From Flavimaricola sp. (GTDB lineage: Bacteria > Pseudomonadota > Alphaproteobacteria > Rhodobacterales > Rhodobacteraceae): a stretch of 64,000 bases of DNA. Under the pieces are notes generated by a model. That model searched no databases. It was given only the letters and a program-made list of their open reading frames with translations, and was not told the DNA's origin. Below are positions 38,700 to 48,775 of the stretch, in pieces. A program made the position numbers and the translations under genes. Location: assembly GCA_020629175.1 (NCBI GenBank), contig JAHDDU010000010.1, forward strand, positions 5,788-69,787. The letters are read 5' to 3'. Numbering within the stretch: position 1 is the first letter of the stretch; each line of letters begins with the position of its first letter.

Positions 38700-39310
38700 T
38701 GGCGCGCCGATGTCTTGACCTTTTGGTAGCCGCTTTGCTGACGATTACCCTTTGGCCCGTTTTCATTGTTGTCTGCATCGTGCTGCTCGTGGCTGAAGGA
38801 CGACCGCTGTTTTACGTGTCTGAGCGCATGAAGGGTGTCGATGAGCCCTTCCGCCTGATCAAATTCAGGACAATGAAAAACACCACAGATGATCAAAACA
38901 CAGGTGTCACGGGCGGAGACAAATCCAAACGCGTTTCCGCCGTACACCGTTTCTTGCGGCGCACCCGAGCAGATGAGCTGCCACAGATCTGGAACGTCTT
39001 CAAAGGCGACATCGCGCTTGTCGGCCCGCGGCCACCCCTGCGGGTCTACGTCTCAGCCTATCCCGCACTCTATGCAAAAGTCCTCAGCGATAAGCCAGGT
39101 GTAACCGGGCTCGCTTCGCTCGTCTTTCACAAGACTGAAGAACGCCTTTTAGCTGAATGCAAAACACCCGAAGAGACCGACGAGGTCTACCGACGGCGTT
39201 GCATCCCGCGCAAAGCACGGCTGGATCTGATCTATCAACAGGAACGGACGCTGTGCAGCGACCTTCGATTGATTTGCCTGACCGCTGCAAAGCCGTTTAA
39301 GCGCGAATAG
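38699..39310 (+). CDS. Small monotopic phosphoglycosyl (sugar) transferase, PglC/WbaP-C-terminal-like
   Basis: From MARRCLDL..A.......P.........L.....P.FY...R.G......R..KFRTM, DELPQ..NV..G...LVGPRP motifs. Confidence 0.88.
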   Translation: MARRCLDLLVAALLTITLWPVFIVVCIVLLVAEGRPLFYVSERMKGVDEPFRLIKFRTMKNTTDDQNTGVTGGDKSKRVSAVHRFLRRTRADELPQIWNVFKGDIALVGPRPPLRVYVSAYPALYAKVLSDKPGVTGLASLVFHKTEERLLAECKTPEETDEVYRRRCIPRKARLDLIYQQERTLCSDLRLICLTAAKPFKRE

Positions 39311-39463
39311 ACCAAGCACCGCGGCAAAGATGCCGCAAAATTAGGCAAAAGCACGCCCAAAGCAGCTCTGAAATGCCCTCACGTTTACACCAATGGTTGA
39401 AAGAGATAGGGATTTCCTCATAACCCGCTTCCAGGTGCAGAGGCGTGTGATCAAAGGGACAAG

Positions 39464-41380
39464 ATGGCAGCGACACAGACTTTGTTGCTCAACATGGTGA
39501 CGGCGATGTCGCGTCACACTAAGCGCGCGGTTATCGTGGCCCTTGATGTAGCGCTGCTGCCCCTTGCACTCACGGCAGCCTTGGCCCTCCAGCAAAACAG
39601 TATCATTCCCGAAATCGGCCTGATCCACATATGGCAAGCCGTCGCGATACTCATGTTCATGGCAGGCCTTTTGGCCGCCGTCATGGGCATCCACAAAGTG
39701 CAGCTCAAAGCTTATGAAGCCCGCGCACTAGGGATGACAGCGTTCCACGCGGTGATAATGGCTGCCGCAACCGGCATCCTTGATACATTGACCAATGGGC
39801 CAAGCCCCTTGGCAACGGCCGTGACATTCGGCTTTGTCTACTTCGCATTTGCAGCTGGATCGCGATACATCCTGTTGCAAGGGCTTCGCTGGATTTACAG
39901 CAGTGGCGAGCGGCAAGTTCCTATCCTGATCTATGGTGCCGGGCGTACCGGGCAGCAGCTTGCCCGCGCTCTCAAGACCGATGATGCAATCCAACCTGTG
40001 GCCTTTGTCGATGACAATCCCGGCATTCAATCCACACTTGTCCAAGGTCTGCGGGTGTACTCTCCCGTAACGATCCCAACACTCGCAACCGAGTACGGGA
40101 TCACCCGTGTACTTTTGGCCATGCCCTCTCAATCGCGGGCCAGGCGGGCGCAGATCACGTCCAAGCTCGAAGATATGTCGCTAGTGGTTGAGACATTGCC
40201 ATCCTTCGCACAATTGGCCGGCAGCTCTTCTCGCCTTGTCGATCAACTCCGGCCCGCCTCGCCCGGTCGGTTTTTGGGCCGCCCTGCACTGGACTCCGAA
40301 TTGCCCGGCGGATCCGAAACTTATGCAGGCAAATCCATCCTGATCTCGGGCGCAGGAGGATCAATCGGGTCCGAGCTTTGTCGGCAATTGATCACCTGCC
40401 AACCCAGAAGGCTCGTCCTGCTTGAGCTGAGTGAACTCGCACTGTTCACCATAACGCGTGAGCTCGAAGGGCAAGCGGAGAAGTTGGGCGTCACTCTTGT
40501 GCCCGTACTCGGGTCCGTCGCCGACGCAAGCTATGTCCGCAAGGTTTTGGCGCAGAACGCGACCGAAGTCGTTTTGCATGCTGCTGCTTACAAACATGTC
40601 CCAATTGTTGAGCGTGACCCGGTTCCTGGCTTTGGCAATAACGTATTGGGCACACATGTTTTGGCCACGGCGGCTGCCGACTTGGGCGTGAAACGGTTCA
40701 TCTTGATCTCGACGGACAAGGCCGTACGACCAAAGAACATGATGGGCGCGTCCAAGCGTCTTGCAGAGATCGTCGTACAGGATCTGGCCAGCCGCTACGG
40801 CACGGCGGGCAACCGGACCGTGTTCTCGATGGTGCGGTTTGGAAATGTGATGGGCTCTTCGGGGTCCGTGATCCCGCTGTTTCAGGATCAGATCAATCGC
40901 GGCGGCCCCGTGACGCTGACGGATCGGAATGTCACGCGCTACTTCATGACCATCTCAGAGGCGGCGCGGCTCGTCCTTGTTGCGGGTACTTTCGCCACCG
41001 GGGGCGAGGTCTTTGTCCTCGACATGGGGGACCCGATCCCGATCTACAATCTGGCGCGCCAAATGATTGAAGCGGCAGGCTATACACTGCGCGATGACGA
41101 CAATCCCGGCGGCGATATCGAGATTGAAATCACTGGGCTGCGCCCCGGTGAAAAACTTGAGGAAGAATTGCTGATTGGTGAAGGGCAAACCACGACCCCT
41201 CACGCTAAGATCTTGCTCGCACGCGAAACCTATCTCAGCGAGATTGAAGTCGCCGCTTGCCTTAAGGCTATCCGCACAGCGGTGGCCGATGCGGACGGCA
41301 CAGCACTCCGCGGCATCGTTGCCCATTGGATCGAAGATGCCACCGACATCTCCAAACAGATTGAGACACCTGCGCAGTGA
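39464..41380 (+). CDS. Membrane-anchored nucleotide-sugar 4,6-dehydratase (CapD/WbpM/PglF family)
   Basis: 638 aa. Four N-terminal TM helices, ILIYGAGRTG and ILISGAGGSIGSEL Rossmann motifs, AAYKHVP, RFGNV.GS.GSV.P.F motifs. Confidence 0.9.
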   Translation: MAATQTLLLNMVTAMSRHTKRAVIVALDVALLPLALTAALALQQNSIIPEIGLIHIWQAVAILMFMAGLLAAVMGIHKVQLKAYEARALGMTAFHAVIMAAATGILDTLTNGPSPLATAVTFGFVYFAFAAGSRYILLQGLRWIYSSGERQVPILIYGAGRTGQQLARALKTDDAIQPVAFVDDNPGIQSTLVQGLRVYSPVTIPTLATEYGITRVLLAMPSQSRARRAQITSKLEDMSLVVETLPSFAQLAGSSSRLVDQLRPASPGRFLGRPALDSELPGGSETYAGKSILISGAGGSIGSELCRQLITCQPRRLVLLELSELALFTITRELEGQAEKLGVTLVPVLGSVADASYVRKVLAQNATEVVLHAAAYKHVPIVERDPVPGFGNNVLGTHVLATAAADLGVKRFILISTDKAVRPKNMMGASKRLAEIVVQDLASRYGTAGNRTVFSMVRFGNVMGSSGSVIPLFQDQINRGGPVTLTDRNVTRYFMTISEAARLVLVAGTFATGGEVFVLDMGDPIPIYNLARQMIEAAGYTLRDDDNPGGDIEIEITGLRPGEKLEEELLIGEGQTTTPHAKILLARETYLSEIEVAACLKAIRTAVADADGTALRGIVAHWIEDATDISKQIETPAQ

Positions 41381-43387
41381 TCAATGCGCGATCCGCGGGC
41401 GGCCTTGGGCTGTCACTGACATCTGCGCCTCGAAAAAGGTCTTCTGCCCTTCGACCTCTGCCTCTTTGATGTCGAGCGTTTCGGTCATCCTTGGCGCCTC
41501 AACACCTGTTGCGGCGGCCCGCGCAGCGGACTGAGCCTGAAGAGACGCCCGAAGCGCCTGCAAAGCCTGCTCCAGATCGCTAAACCGTTGCGGTCCCTCG
41601 GCAAGGTGAACAATGAACGTATCTGACCCAGCGGACGTGATCGTGCCATTCGTCGTCATAGATACCTGTCCAACGACGGCGCCGATGGCATTCGCCACAC
41701 CGCCATGCGCGGGCAAAAGCATTTCGGCATTCAAACGCGCGCCGACCGCGCCATAGTACGTAGCCGCCGACGCCCCTAGTCCTACTATGGGCACCGCGAG
41801 CGAAAGCTGGGTCGCGACGACCGAGCGGTGATGCTCCAATCCCGCATGTGTCAGCGGATGCCGTGCCAGCGCTGATGCCTTCACATCACCCCAATCTCTG
41901 CCATCTTCGGCAAAGGCCGCTTCGAGCAGACAGGTCATTGTTTGCGCGGTGAGTTGGTCCACGATCATCTGCGCGAGGGCCTCGGCATCTGGGGCGAGCC
42001 TGTCGCCGCCCCCCGTCCGTCGTCGGGCCATCAGCTCAACCGCTTTGCGGGCAGCGTCCGCATCCCATGCGCTCGCGCTATTCAAGACATGGGACGCATC
42101 CGATGGCGTCACGGCTGACAGCATGACGAATCCACGCGCGACCAGCCGGTTCAGCGCCGGCCCCTCGACCCGTGTTTGAACAGCATCCGAAAAGGCGACG
42201 GGCCCGCTCATAAGACGCCCGGCCACCGCAGCTTCCCGGTCATCTAGTCCTTCGGGCATTTCTGTCCAAAGAGGGACTACAAACTGCCCACCACCCGGAA
42301 CCGGGACCGCACTCGCCAGCGCGCGGTCCAGTGCCTTGTGCACCAGTTCAGGCTGATCGACCGCAAGAAGCGACACAGGCATAACGCGGCGCGGACCGAG
42401 GCGCAGCCCACGGTTTAGCCCCTCCTCGACATGAACTTCGCTATCCCCACCAAGACCTGTGGTGCGCATCGCCACAGCCTCGACCATCGTGCGGAATGGG
42501 CCCACACGCGCGCCTTCAGGGTCAATCGCCGGTCGTCCGTCGCGGAGCAGGCAAACATCGGTCGTCGTTCCGCCAATATCGCTCACCAAAGCGGTGTCCA
42601 CACCCGTCAGCCACGCAGCACCTGCGATACTGGCCGCAGGGCCACTGAGGATCGTCTCTATCGGCTTTTCCCGCGCAAGATCTGCAGAGACCAAAGCCCC
42701 ATCGCCGCGCACAACCATCAACCGTGCCGCGATACCATGCGCATCAAGATGCGTTTCACATGCCGTGATGAGACCGTCGATCATGCCAATCAGCCGGGCA
42801 TTGAGCACCGCCGTAAGCGCCCGTTTCGGACCGCCCAAACCACTCGACAATTCATGCGAGCAGGTGACAGGCTTGCCCGTGGTCGCCCGGATCAACTCTA
42901 AGGCCGCGAGCTCATGCGCAGGGTTGCGCGTGGCAAACCGGGCAGCCACAGCATAGCCTGTGATGTCCGTTCCAAGTCCCTTGAGCGCGGAGCGCAGGCC
43001 GTCCGCATCAAAGGGTGCTATTTCCTCGCCAGCGTGACCATGCCCACCGGCAAGCCGGACCACCGGATCACCGGCGAGGGCATCGCGCAAGCCATCGCGC
43101 TCAAGCTCGGCCTCCTCGAACCCGATGAAGATCAGCGCAACCCGCCCGCCCTGCCCCTCAACCAAAGCATTTGTCGCAAGGGTGGTGGACAAGGACACCA
43201 TCCCGACATCAGACGCCGCAACCTGCGCCTCGACCATGACCGCATCAATCGCGCCCGCAATGCCCCGGGACAAATCCGGTCGGGTGGTCAACGCCTTGGC
43301 CGTTGCCAGGACCTTATCCGTCCCGTCTTCGATGACGACCGCGTCCGTGTAGGTGCCACCGGTGTCGATGCCCAAAAGTACTGGCAT
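41381..43387 (-). CDS. Hydantoinase/oxoprolinase A-subunit-like (HyuA family) protein, no HyuB partner nearby
   Basis: From MPVLLGIDTGGTYTDAVV (ASKHA-fold phosphate-1 motif), later DIGGTTTD. SD AGGA lies 8 nt before ATG 43387. Confidence 0.75.
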   Translation of the reverse strand: MPVLLGIDTGGTYTDAVVIEDGTDKVLATAKALTTRPDLSRGIAGAIDAVMVEAQVAASDVGMVSLSTTLATNALVEGQGGRVALIFIGFEEAELERDGLRDALAGDPVVRLAGGHGHAGEEIAPFDADGLRSALKGLGTDITGYAVAARFATRNPAHELAALELIRATTGKPVTCSHELSSGLGGPKRALTAVLNARLIGMIDGLITACETHLDAHGIAARLMVVRGDGALVSADLAREKPIETILSGPAASIAGAAWLTGVDTALVSDIGGTTTDVCLLRDGRPAIDPEGARVGPFRTMVEAVAMRTTGLGGDSEVHVEEGLNRGLRLGPRRVMPVSLLAVDQPELVHKALDRALASAVPVPGGGQFVVPLWTEMPEGLDDREAAVAGRLMSGPVAFSDAVQTRVEGPALNRLVARGFVMLSAVTPSDASHVLNSASAWDADAARKAVELMARRRTGGGDRLAPDAEALAQMIVDQLTAQTMTCLLEAAFAEDGRDWGDVKASALARHPLTHAGLEHHRSVVATQLSLAVPIVGLGASAATYYGAVGARLNAEMLLPAHGGVANAIGAVVGQVSMTTNGTITSAGSDTFIVHLAEGPQRFSDLEQALQALRASLQAQSAARAAATGVEAPRMTETLDIKEAEVEGQKTFFEAQMSVTAQGRPRIAH

Positions 43388-43503
43388 GTTCCAAATCCTA
43401 AAATTGTAAGGGGCGGAAATGCCGGATGCCTCCGGCGGGGGTGATGGCCCAAAGAAGCACGGACGCTTGCGCAGAGGCCATAAGGATCGCGCCATTTGCG
43501 GCA

Positions 43504-43532
43504 CCAAAAACGGCGCGGAGAGCCCCCGCGCC
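43504..43532 (-). terminator. Rho-independent terminator ending the amidohydrolase-hydA-ABC gene string
   Basis: Minus strand GGCGCGG-gggctct-CCGCGCC followed by GTTTTTGG. Confidence 0.8.
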
Positions 43533-43557
43533 GCATCACGTCACCAAAAGTCCGCGC

Positions 43558-44556
43558 TTATTGCAAAGCGAGGTCCGTGATCGCCGTGGTGTAGGCCCCA
43601 TCGGGCTCGGCCGTGATCACCGGATCAGAACCACCAGCAAGGAGCGTATCAACTGTCCGCTGGTAGGCCTCAATATCAAGCGTGCCGTCAGAGCCGGCCG
43701 TGAGCTTGGCAATCTCACCCATCATGCGCAGCTGATGCGCCTCAGATTGTGCGCCGGTTTCATCATAGTCCAGCACGATCATCGCGGCATCTTCCGGGTT
43801 CTCTTCGGCCCATTTCCAGCCACGCATAGAGGCGCGGACGAACCGAACCATACGGTCGGCAAACTCCGGATCATTAAGGTTTTCTTCAAGGACATACATG
43901 CCGTCCTCGAGCGTCGAGACGCCCATCTCTTCGTAGGTGAAGGTCACAAGCTCATCCTCAGACACGCCAGCGTCAAGCACCTGACCATATTCGTTGTACG
44001 TCATGGTCGAAATGCAATCCGCCTGCCGCTGCAGCAGCGGGTCTACGTTAAAGCCCTGCCGCAGGACGGTCACGCCATCTTCGCCGCCATCTGTCGGAAT
44101 GCCTTCCTGGCTCATCCAGCTGAGGAAGGGGTATTCGTTGCCAAAGAACCAAACCCCGATGGTGCGGCCCCGGAAGTCTTGCGGTCCAGTGATGCCGGTG
44201 TCTTTCCAGCAGGTGAGCATGAGGCCCGACGTGGCAAAGGGCTGAGCGATGTTTACCACCGGCAAACCACGCTCGCGTGCGGCAAGTGCGGAGGGCATCC
44301 AGTTGAGCATCACATCAGCGCCACCGCCCGCAAGGACCTGCGGAGGTGCGATGTCCGGCCCACCGGGCAGCACCGTCACGGCGAGGCCTTCTTCTTCGTA
44401 AAAGCCCTGATCCAAGGCCACGTAGTAACCTGCGAACTGCGCTTGTGTGACCCACTGCAACTGCAGTCGCACTTCATCCGCATGGCCATCCGCCCATGCG
44501 GGAGAGGCACTTGCCATCGCAGCTGCCGCTGCACCGAAAATCCAATTCTTCATCAT
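43558..44556 (-). CDS. ABC transporter substrate-binding protein (NMT1/THI5-like, nitrate/sulfonate/bicarbonate class)
   Basis: 332 aa. Signal peptide ending PAWADG. LQW..QAQFAGYYVA.D.G.Y..EGL pattern of NMT1-type SBPs. Confidence 0.8.
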   Translation of the reverse strand: MMKNWIFGAAAAAMASASPAWADGHADEVRLQLQWVTQAQFAGYYVALDQGFYEEEGLAVTVLPGGPDIAPPQVLAGGGADVMLNWMPSALAARERGLPVVNIAQPFATSGLMLTCWKDTGITGPQDFRGRTIGVWFFGNEYPFLSWMSQEGIPTDGGEDGVTVLRQGFNVDPLLQRQADCISTMTYNEYGQVLDAGVSEDELVTFTYEEMGVSTLEDGMYVLEENLNDPEFADRMVRFVRASMRGWKWAEENPEDAAMIVLDYDETGAQSEAHQLRMMGEIAKLTAGSDGTLDIEAYQRTVDTLLAGGSDPVITAEPDGAYTTAITDLALQ

Positions 44557-44611
44557 CTATACTCCCAATCATTGTGTACTTCGGCCCGATGAACTCGTGG
44601 CTCTTTTTTTG

Positions 44612-45457
44612 TTATCCTCTTTGCGACGGATGCCAGAACGTGAGGCGCCGTTCGATCAAAACCAAGACTCCATAGAGCAGACTGCCTGCGAGCGCTGCCA
44701 CAAGGATCGCTGACCATACCATATCAAGCGCCAGCTGCCCGACAGAGGTCGATATCCGAAAGCCCAGCCCCTGCGTCGGCGAGCCAAAAAATTCAGCAAC
44801 TATTGCCCCTACGAGTGAAAGCGTAATCGCTATTTTCAATCCGTTAAAGATAAACGGCAACGCCGCGGGCAGGCGCAGTTTGAATAAGGTGTTCCAATAC
44901 CGGGCCCCAAAGGTGCGCATCAGATCGCGTTGCATCGCTGTTGTGTCCTGCAAACCAGCGACGGCATTGACCAGAATGGGAAAGAACACCATCGCCACAA
45001 CGACCGCTGCCTTCGATTGCCAGCCAAACCCGAACCACATGACAAAGATGGGCGCGATACCAACGATGGGCAACGCAGCCATAAAATTACCAACTGGTAA
45101 GAGACCCCGTTTGAGAAAATCATAGCGATCGACGAGGACCGCCGTGCCGAGCGCTGCGGCCAGGCCAATCGCAAAGCCGGACAATGCGCCTTTGACGATG
45201 GTTTGAACAAAATCGCCCCACAAGATTGGCAGACTGGAGGCAAAGGCCGAAGCGATCGCGCTTGGCGGAGGAAGGATAACGCCTGGAACCTCCAGCCCGC
45301 GGACCAAAAGCTCCCACATCGCAATGATAGTGCCCCCGAAAATCACCGGAACGGCAATTTGGGTGAGCCCACTTTTTGAGTAAACGCCATTGGCAAGCCA
45401 GATGTTGAGTCCCCATCCGACAGCCCAGATAAGCAATGCGGCGATAACGAGCATCAT
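44612..45457 (-). CDS. ABC transporter permease
   Basis: 281 aa. 6 TM helices and an EAA-like loop (..DLMRTFGA....LF.L.LPAALP). ATGA overlap with the upstream permease gene. Confidence 0.85.
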   Translation of the reverse strand: MMLVIAALLIWAVGWGLNIWLANGVYSKSGLTQIAVPVIFGGTIIAMWELLVRGLEVPGVILPPPSAIASAFASSLPILWGDFVQTIVKGALSGFAIGLAAALGTAVLVDRYDFLKRGLLPVGNFMAALPIVGIAPIFVMWFGFGWQSKAAVVVAMVFFPILVNAVAGLQDTTAMQRDLMRTFGARYWNTLFKLRLPAALPFIFNGLKIAITLSLVGAIVAEFFGSPTQGLGFRISTSVGQLALDMVWSAILVAALAGSLLYGVLVLIERRLTFWHPSQRG

Positions 45458-46425
45458 GCCTGCACCCCCATCGAGCGTAACGTGCGGCGCTCAATCCATC
45501 CCATGGCAAAGACGAGCAACGCGGCCAGCAGGGCTGCCGCGATCAGCGCCGCCCAGATTTGCGTGGTCTGGCCGTAATACGTCCCCGCCAACATCCGCGC
45601 GCCCAACCCGCCGCGCTGGACCGGCAATTCACCCACGATGGCGCCGACCAGCGACGCTGCAATCCCAACTTTGAGCGAGGCAAAGAGGTAGGGCACCGAC
45701 GCAGGCAGACGCAGCTTGCGCATCACCTCACCGCGGCTGGCATTATAGGTCTGCATCAGGTCAAGCTGCATCTGATCCGGCGACCGCAGGCCCTTGACCA
45801 TACCAACAAGCACCGGGAAGAAAGACAGATAGGCCGAGATGACTGCCTTGGGCAGTAGCCCCGCAATGCCCTCTGGCAAGAACCGGTCGAGGCCCAACGA
45901 ATACAGCACCACGATGATCATCGGCGCGAGCGCGATGATCGGGATCGTTTGACTGACAATGGCCCAGGGCATCACAGACATCTCCATCGTGCGGCTTTGC
46001 ACGATACCAATCGCCAGCAAGACCCCTGCCGCTGTACCAATGAGAAAGCCAAAGAGTGTCGCGCTCAGCGTCACGCCTCCGTGATAGATCAAACTTCGGT
46101 TTGAGAGCGTCCCCGACCGCACGATACCTCGCCTGCCATAGACTTCTTCCCCCACTGTACTGTCCCACAATTCGACGGCGACTTGGTGCGGCGCGGGCAG
46201 CTTTGCCCGCTCCATGCTCCACGATGCCCCGAGGTGCGCCGTATTGCGCAGAACCAAACCGAGGGCCCCGGCATCGCGCCGCTCTGCCGCCGCAGCCGGG
46301 ACAATCTCGGCCCCGGCTCGCTCGGCTTGCGTCAGAACTTCACGCACATTCATCGGCACGCAGGCCACGTACCAAATGGCGAAAATGGCCAAAACGACGG
46401 TCAGAACGGGCACCAAGCGTCGCAT
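45454..46425 (-). CDS. ABC transporter permease
   Basis: EAA-like loop (LDLMQTYNASR..V..KLRLPASVPY). ATG 46425 (MRRLVPV...) is preferred to GTG 46437. Confidence 0.85.
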   Translation of the reverse strand: MRRLVPVLTVVLAIFAIWYVACVPMNVREVLTQAERAGAEIVPAAAAERRDAGALGLVLRNTAHLGASWSMERAKLPAPHQVAVELWDSTVGEEVYGRRGIVRSGTLSNRSLIYHGGVTLSATLFGFLIGTAAGVLLAIGIVQSRTMEMSVMPWAIVSQTIPIIALAPMIIVVLYSLGLDRFLPEGIAGLLPKAVISAYLSFFPVLVGMVKGLRSPDQMQLDLMQTYNASRGEVMRKLRLPASVPYLFASLKVGIAASLVGAIVGELPVQRGGLGARMLAGTYYGQTTQIWAALIAAALLAALLVFAMGWIERRTLRSMGVQA

Positions 46426-46488
46426 CAGGCCCTCCACACATTTCGCAAAATTTGTGGGCCCGGTGAAATTTCGTGAAACTTCACTCCG

Positions 46489-47262
46489 CTACTCATCCAG
46501 ATGCCCCGCACGTAGCCCTTCACGCACGCGGTGCGCAATCTCAATAAATTCCTGACTATCGCGAATATCGAGCGGACGCTCTTTCGGAAGCGGACTCTCT
46601 ATCACATCTGTAATGCGTCCCGGCCGCGGGCTCATCACCACGATATGGGTGCTTAGATAAACGGCTTCGGGGATCGAATGCGTCACAAACCCAATGGTTT
46701 TCTCTGTGCGCGCCCAGAGTGCCAGAAGCTGCTCATTGAGATGATCGCGGACAATCTCGTCCAGAGCGCCAAAGGGCTCGTCCATCAGCAAGATATCCGC
46801 ATCAAAGGCAAGCGCCCGGGCGATGCTGGCCCGTTGCTGCATGCCACCAGACAATTGCCAGGGATATTTGTTTTCAAACCCCGAAAGCTCCACAAGCTCC
46901 AGAACGCTTTTGACACGCTGATTTTGCTCATTACGCCCAAATTGCATAATTTCGAGTGGTAATTTGATATTTTGACCAATCGTTCGCCACGGATACAGAC
47001 CCGCCGCCTGAAACACATAACCATAGGCCCGCGCTTGTCGCGCCTCGTCCGGTGACATACCGTTGACGGTCAGCGTGCCGCCCGTCGGCGTCTCAAGCCC
47101 TGCGATGCAACGCAGAAACGTTGTTTTGCCGCAGCCAGACGGGCCGATAAAGCTTACAAAGTCGCCTTTGTTGATGTCGAGGCTCACCCCCTTGAGCGCG
47201 TGCACGGGGCCATCGTTGGTCTCGAACGTCAGATCAAGGGCATTGGCGCTGATGACACTCAT
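46489..47262 (-). CDS. ABC transporter ATP-binding protein
   Basis: Walker A GPSGCGKTT, signature LSGGMQQR, Walker B LLMDEPF. Confidence 0.92.
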   Translation of the reverse strand: MSVISANALDLTFETNDGPVHALKGVSLDINKGDFVSFIGPSGCGKTTFLRCIAGLETPTGGTLTVNGMSPDEARQARAYGYVFQAAGLYPWRTIGQNIKLPLEIMQFGRNEQNQRVKSVLELVELSGFENKYPWQLSGGMQQRASIARALAFDADILLMDEPFGALDEIVRDHLNEQLLALWARTEKTIGFVTHSIPEAVYLSTHIVVMSPRPGRITDVIESPLPKERPLDIRDSQEFIEIAHRVREGLRAGHLDE

Positions 47263-47319
47263 ACAGCGCAGCCTTTGCCTGAAAACAGTCTGGCCAAGGC
47301 CAATTTCTTCGTCGTCACA

Positions 47320-48774
47320 TCAGACCCCACTCGCCGGAATGCCACTGCGCTCAACCGGACGCGGATTGGTGATCTCTTTCCAGGCCGACAGCGCCGTGTT
47401 CACTGGCGTGTTGCCTTTGCGCGCAATGAACTCGCCGTGGCCCTCTTTGGTTTGCACCTCGCCGTCCTGTACAGCCACATAACCACGCGTGAGCGTGTAG
47501 CGCGGCAGGCCAATGACTTCTTTGCCTTCAAACACGTTGTAGTCGATGGCCGATTGCTGGCTGCCCGCGCTGATCGTCTTAGACTTTTCGGGGTCCCAAA
47601 CGACGATGTCTGCATCGGCCCCAACGGCGACCGCTCCCTTGCGCGGATAGCAGTTGAGGATTTTGGCGATGTTGGTCGATGTCACGGCCACGAATTCATT
47701 CGGCGTCAAACGCCCGGTGCGCACCCCATAGGTCCAGAGCATCGGCATCCGGTCCTCCAGACCGCCGGTTCCGTTCGGAATTTTGGTAAAGTCACCAACG
47801 CCGTAGCGTTTCTGCTCAGTGGTAAAGGCGCAGTGGTCTGTGGCCACCACACTCAAAGACCCGCTTTGCAGACCGGCCCAGAGGCTGTCCTGATGCTGCT
47901 TATTGCGGAACGGCGGGCTCATCACCCGGCGGGCGGCGTGGTCCCAATCCTTGTTGAAATATTCGCTTTCATCAAGCGTCAGATGCTGGATCAGCGGCTC
48001 GCCCCAGACGCGTTTGCCCTGCTGGCGCGCCCGGCGGATGGCCTCGTGGCTTTCTTCGCAAGAGGTGTGCACCACGTAAAGCGGCACGCCCGCCATATCC
48101 GCGATCATGATCGCGCGGTTCGTGGCCTCCCCCTCAACCTGCGGCGGACGGGAATAGGCGTGCGCCTCTGGCCCGACATTGCCCTCTGCGAGCAACTTGG
48201 CCGACAGGTCCGCCACCACATCCCCATTCTCGGCGTGGACCATGGCAATTCCGCCCAGCTCTGCCAACCGCTGGAACGAGGCATACATTTCATCATCCTG
48301 CACCATCAGCGCGCCTTTATAGGCCATGAAGTGCTTGAATGTGTTGATGCCCCGCGTCTCGATCACGGTTTTCATGTCATCAAAGACCTGCTCGCCCCAC
48401 CAAGTGACGGCCATATGATAGCTGTAGTCGCAATTGGCGCGGCCGGCCTTGTTGTCCCACATTTGCAGCGCATCGAGGAGCCCCTGCCCGGGGGCTGGCA
48501 GCGCGAAATCCACGACCATCGTTGTCCCACCCGACAGCGCCGCGCGGGTGCCGCTTTCAAAGTCATCGGTGGAATAGGTACCCATAAAAGGCATCTCAAG
48601 ATGCGTGTGCGGATCAATGCCACCCGGCATGACGTAGCAACCTGTGGCATCGAGAACCTCATCGCCCTTCAGGTCATCCCCGATCTCGATGATCTTGCCA
48701 CCTTCGATCAGCACGTCGGCCTTATAGGTCAGGTCGTGGGTCACCACGGTGCCGTTTTTGATAACTGTGGTCAT
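47320..48774 (-). CDS. hydA: Dihydropyrimidinase / D-hydantoinase
   Basis: 484 aa. MTTVIKNG.VV......KADVLIEGGKI..IG, GGIDPHTH...PFMG and later amidohydrolase-superfamily metal ligands. Confidence 0.9.
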   Translation of the reverse strand: MTTVIKNGTVVTHDLTYKADVLIEGGKIIEIGDDLKGDEVLDATGCYVMPGGIDPHTHLEMPFMGTYSTDDFESGTRAALSGGTTMVVDFALPAPGQGLLDALQMWDNKAGRANCDYSYHMAVTWWGEQVFDDMKTVIETRGINTFKHFMAYKGALMVQDDEMYASFQRLAELGGIAMVHAENGDVVADLSAKLLAEGNVGPEAHAYSRPPQVEGEATNRAIMIADMAGVPLYVVHTSCEESHEAIRRARQQGKRVWGEPLIQHLTLDESEYFNKDWDHAARRVMSPPFRNKQHQDSLWAGLQSGSLSVVATDHCAFTTEQKRYGVGDFTKIPNGTGGLEDRMPMLWTYGVRTGRLTPNEFVAVTSTNIAKILNCYPRKGAVAVGADADIVVWDPEKSKTISAGSQQSAIDYNVFEGKEVIGLPRYTLTRGYVAVQDGEVQTKEGHGEFIARKGNTPVNTALSAWKEITNPRPVERSGIPASGV

Positions 48775-48775
48775 G

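Noticed and set aside
39788-39803. RutR-consensus matches inside coding sequence: TTGACCAATGGGCCAA (12 of 14, in capD) and TTGACCTTTTGGTAGC (38708-38723, 10 of 14, in the sugar transferase)
   Set aside because: They are intragenic and unrelated to pyrimidine genes. Roughly one 12 of 14 match is expected by chance in 64 kb on both strands. They are kept only as a caution for the intergenic RutR-box calls.
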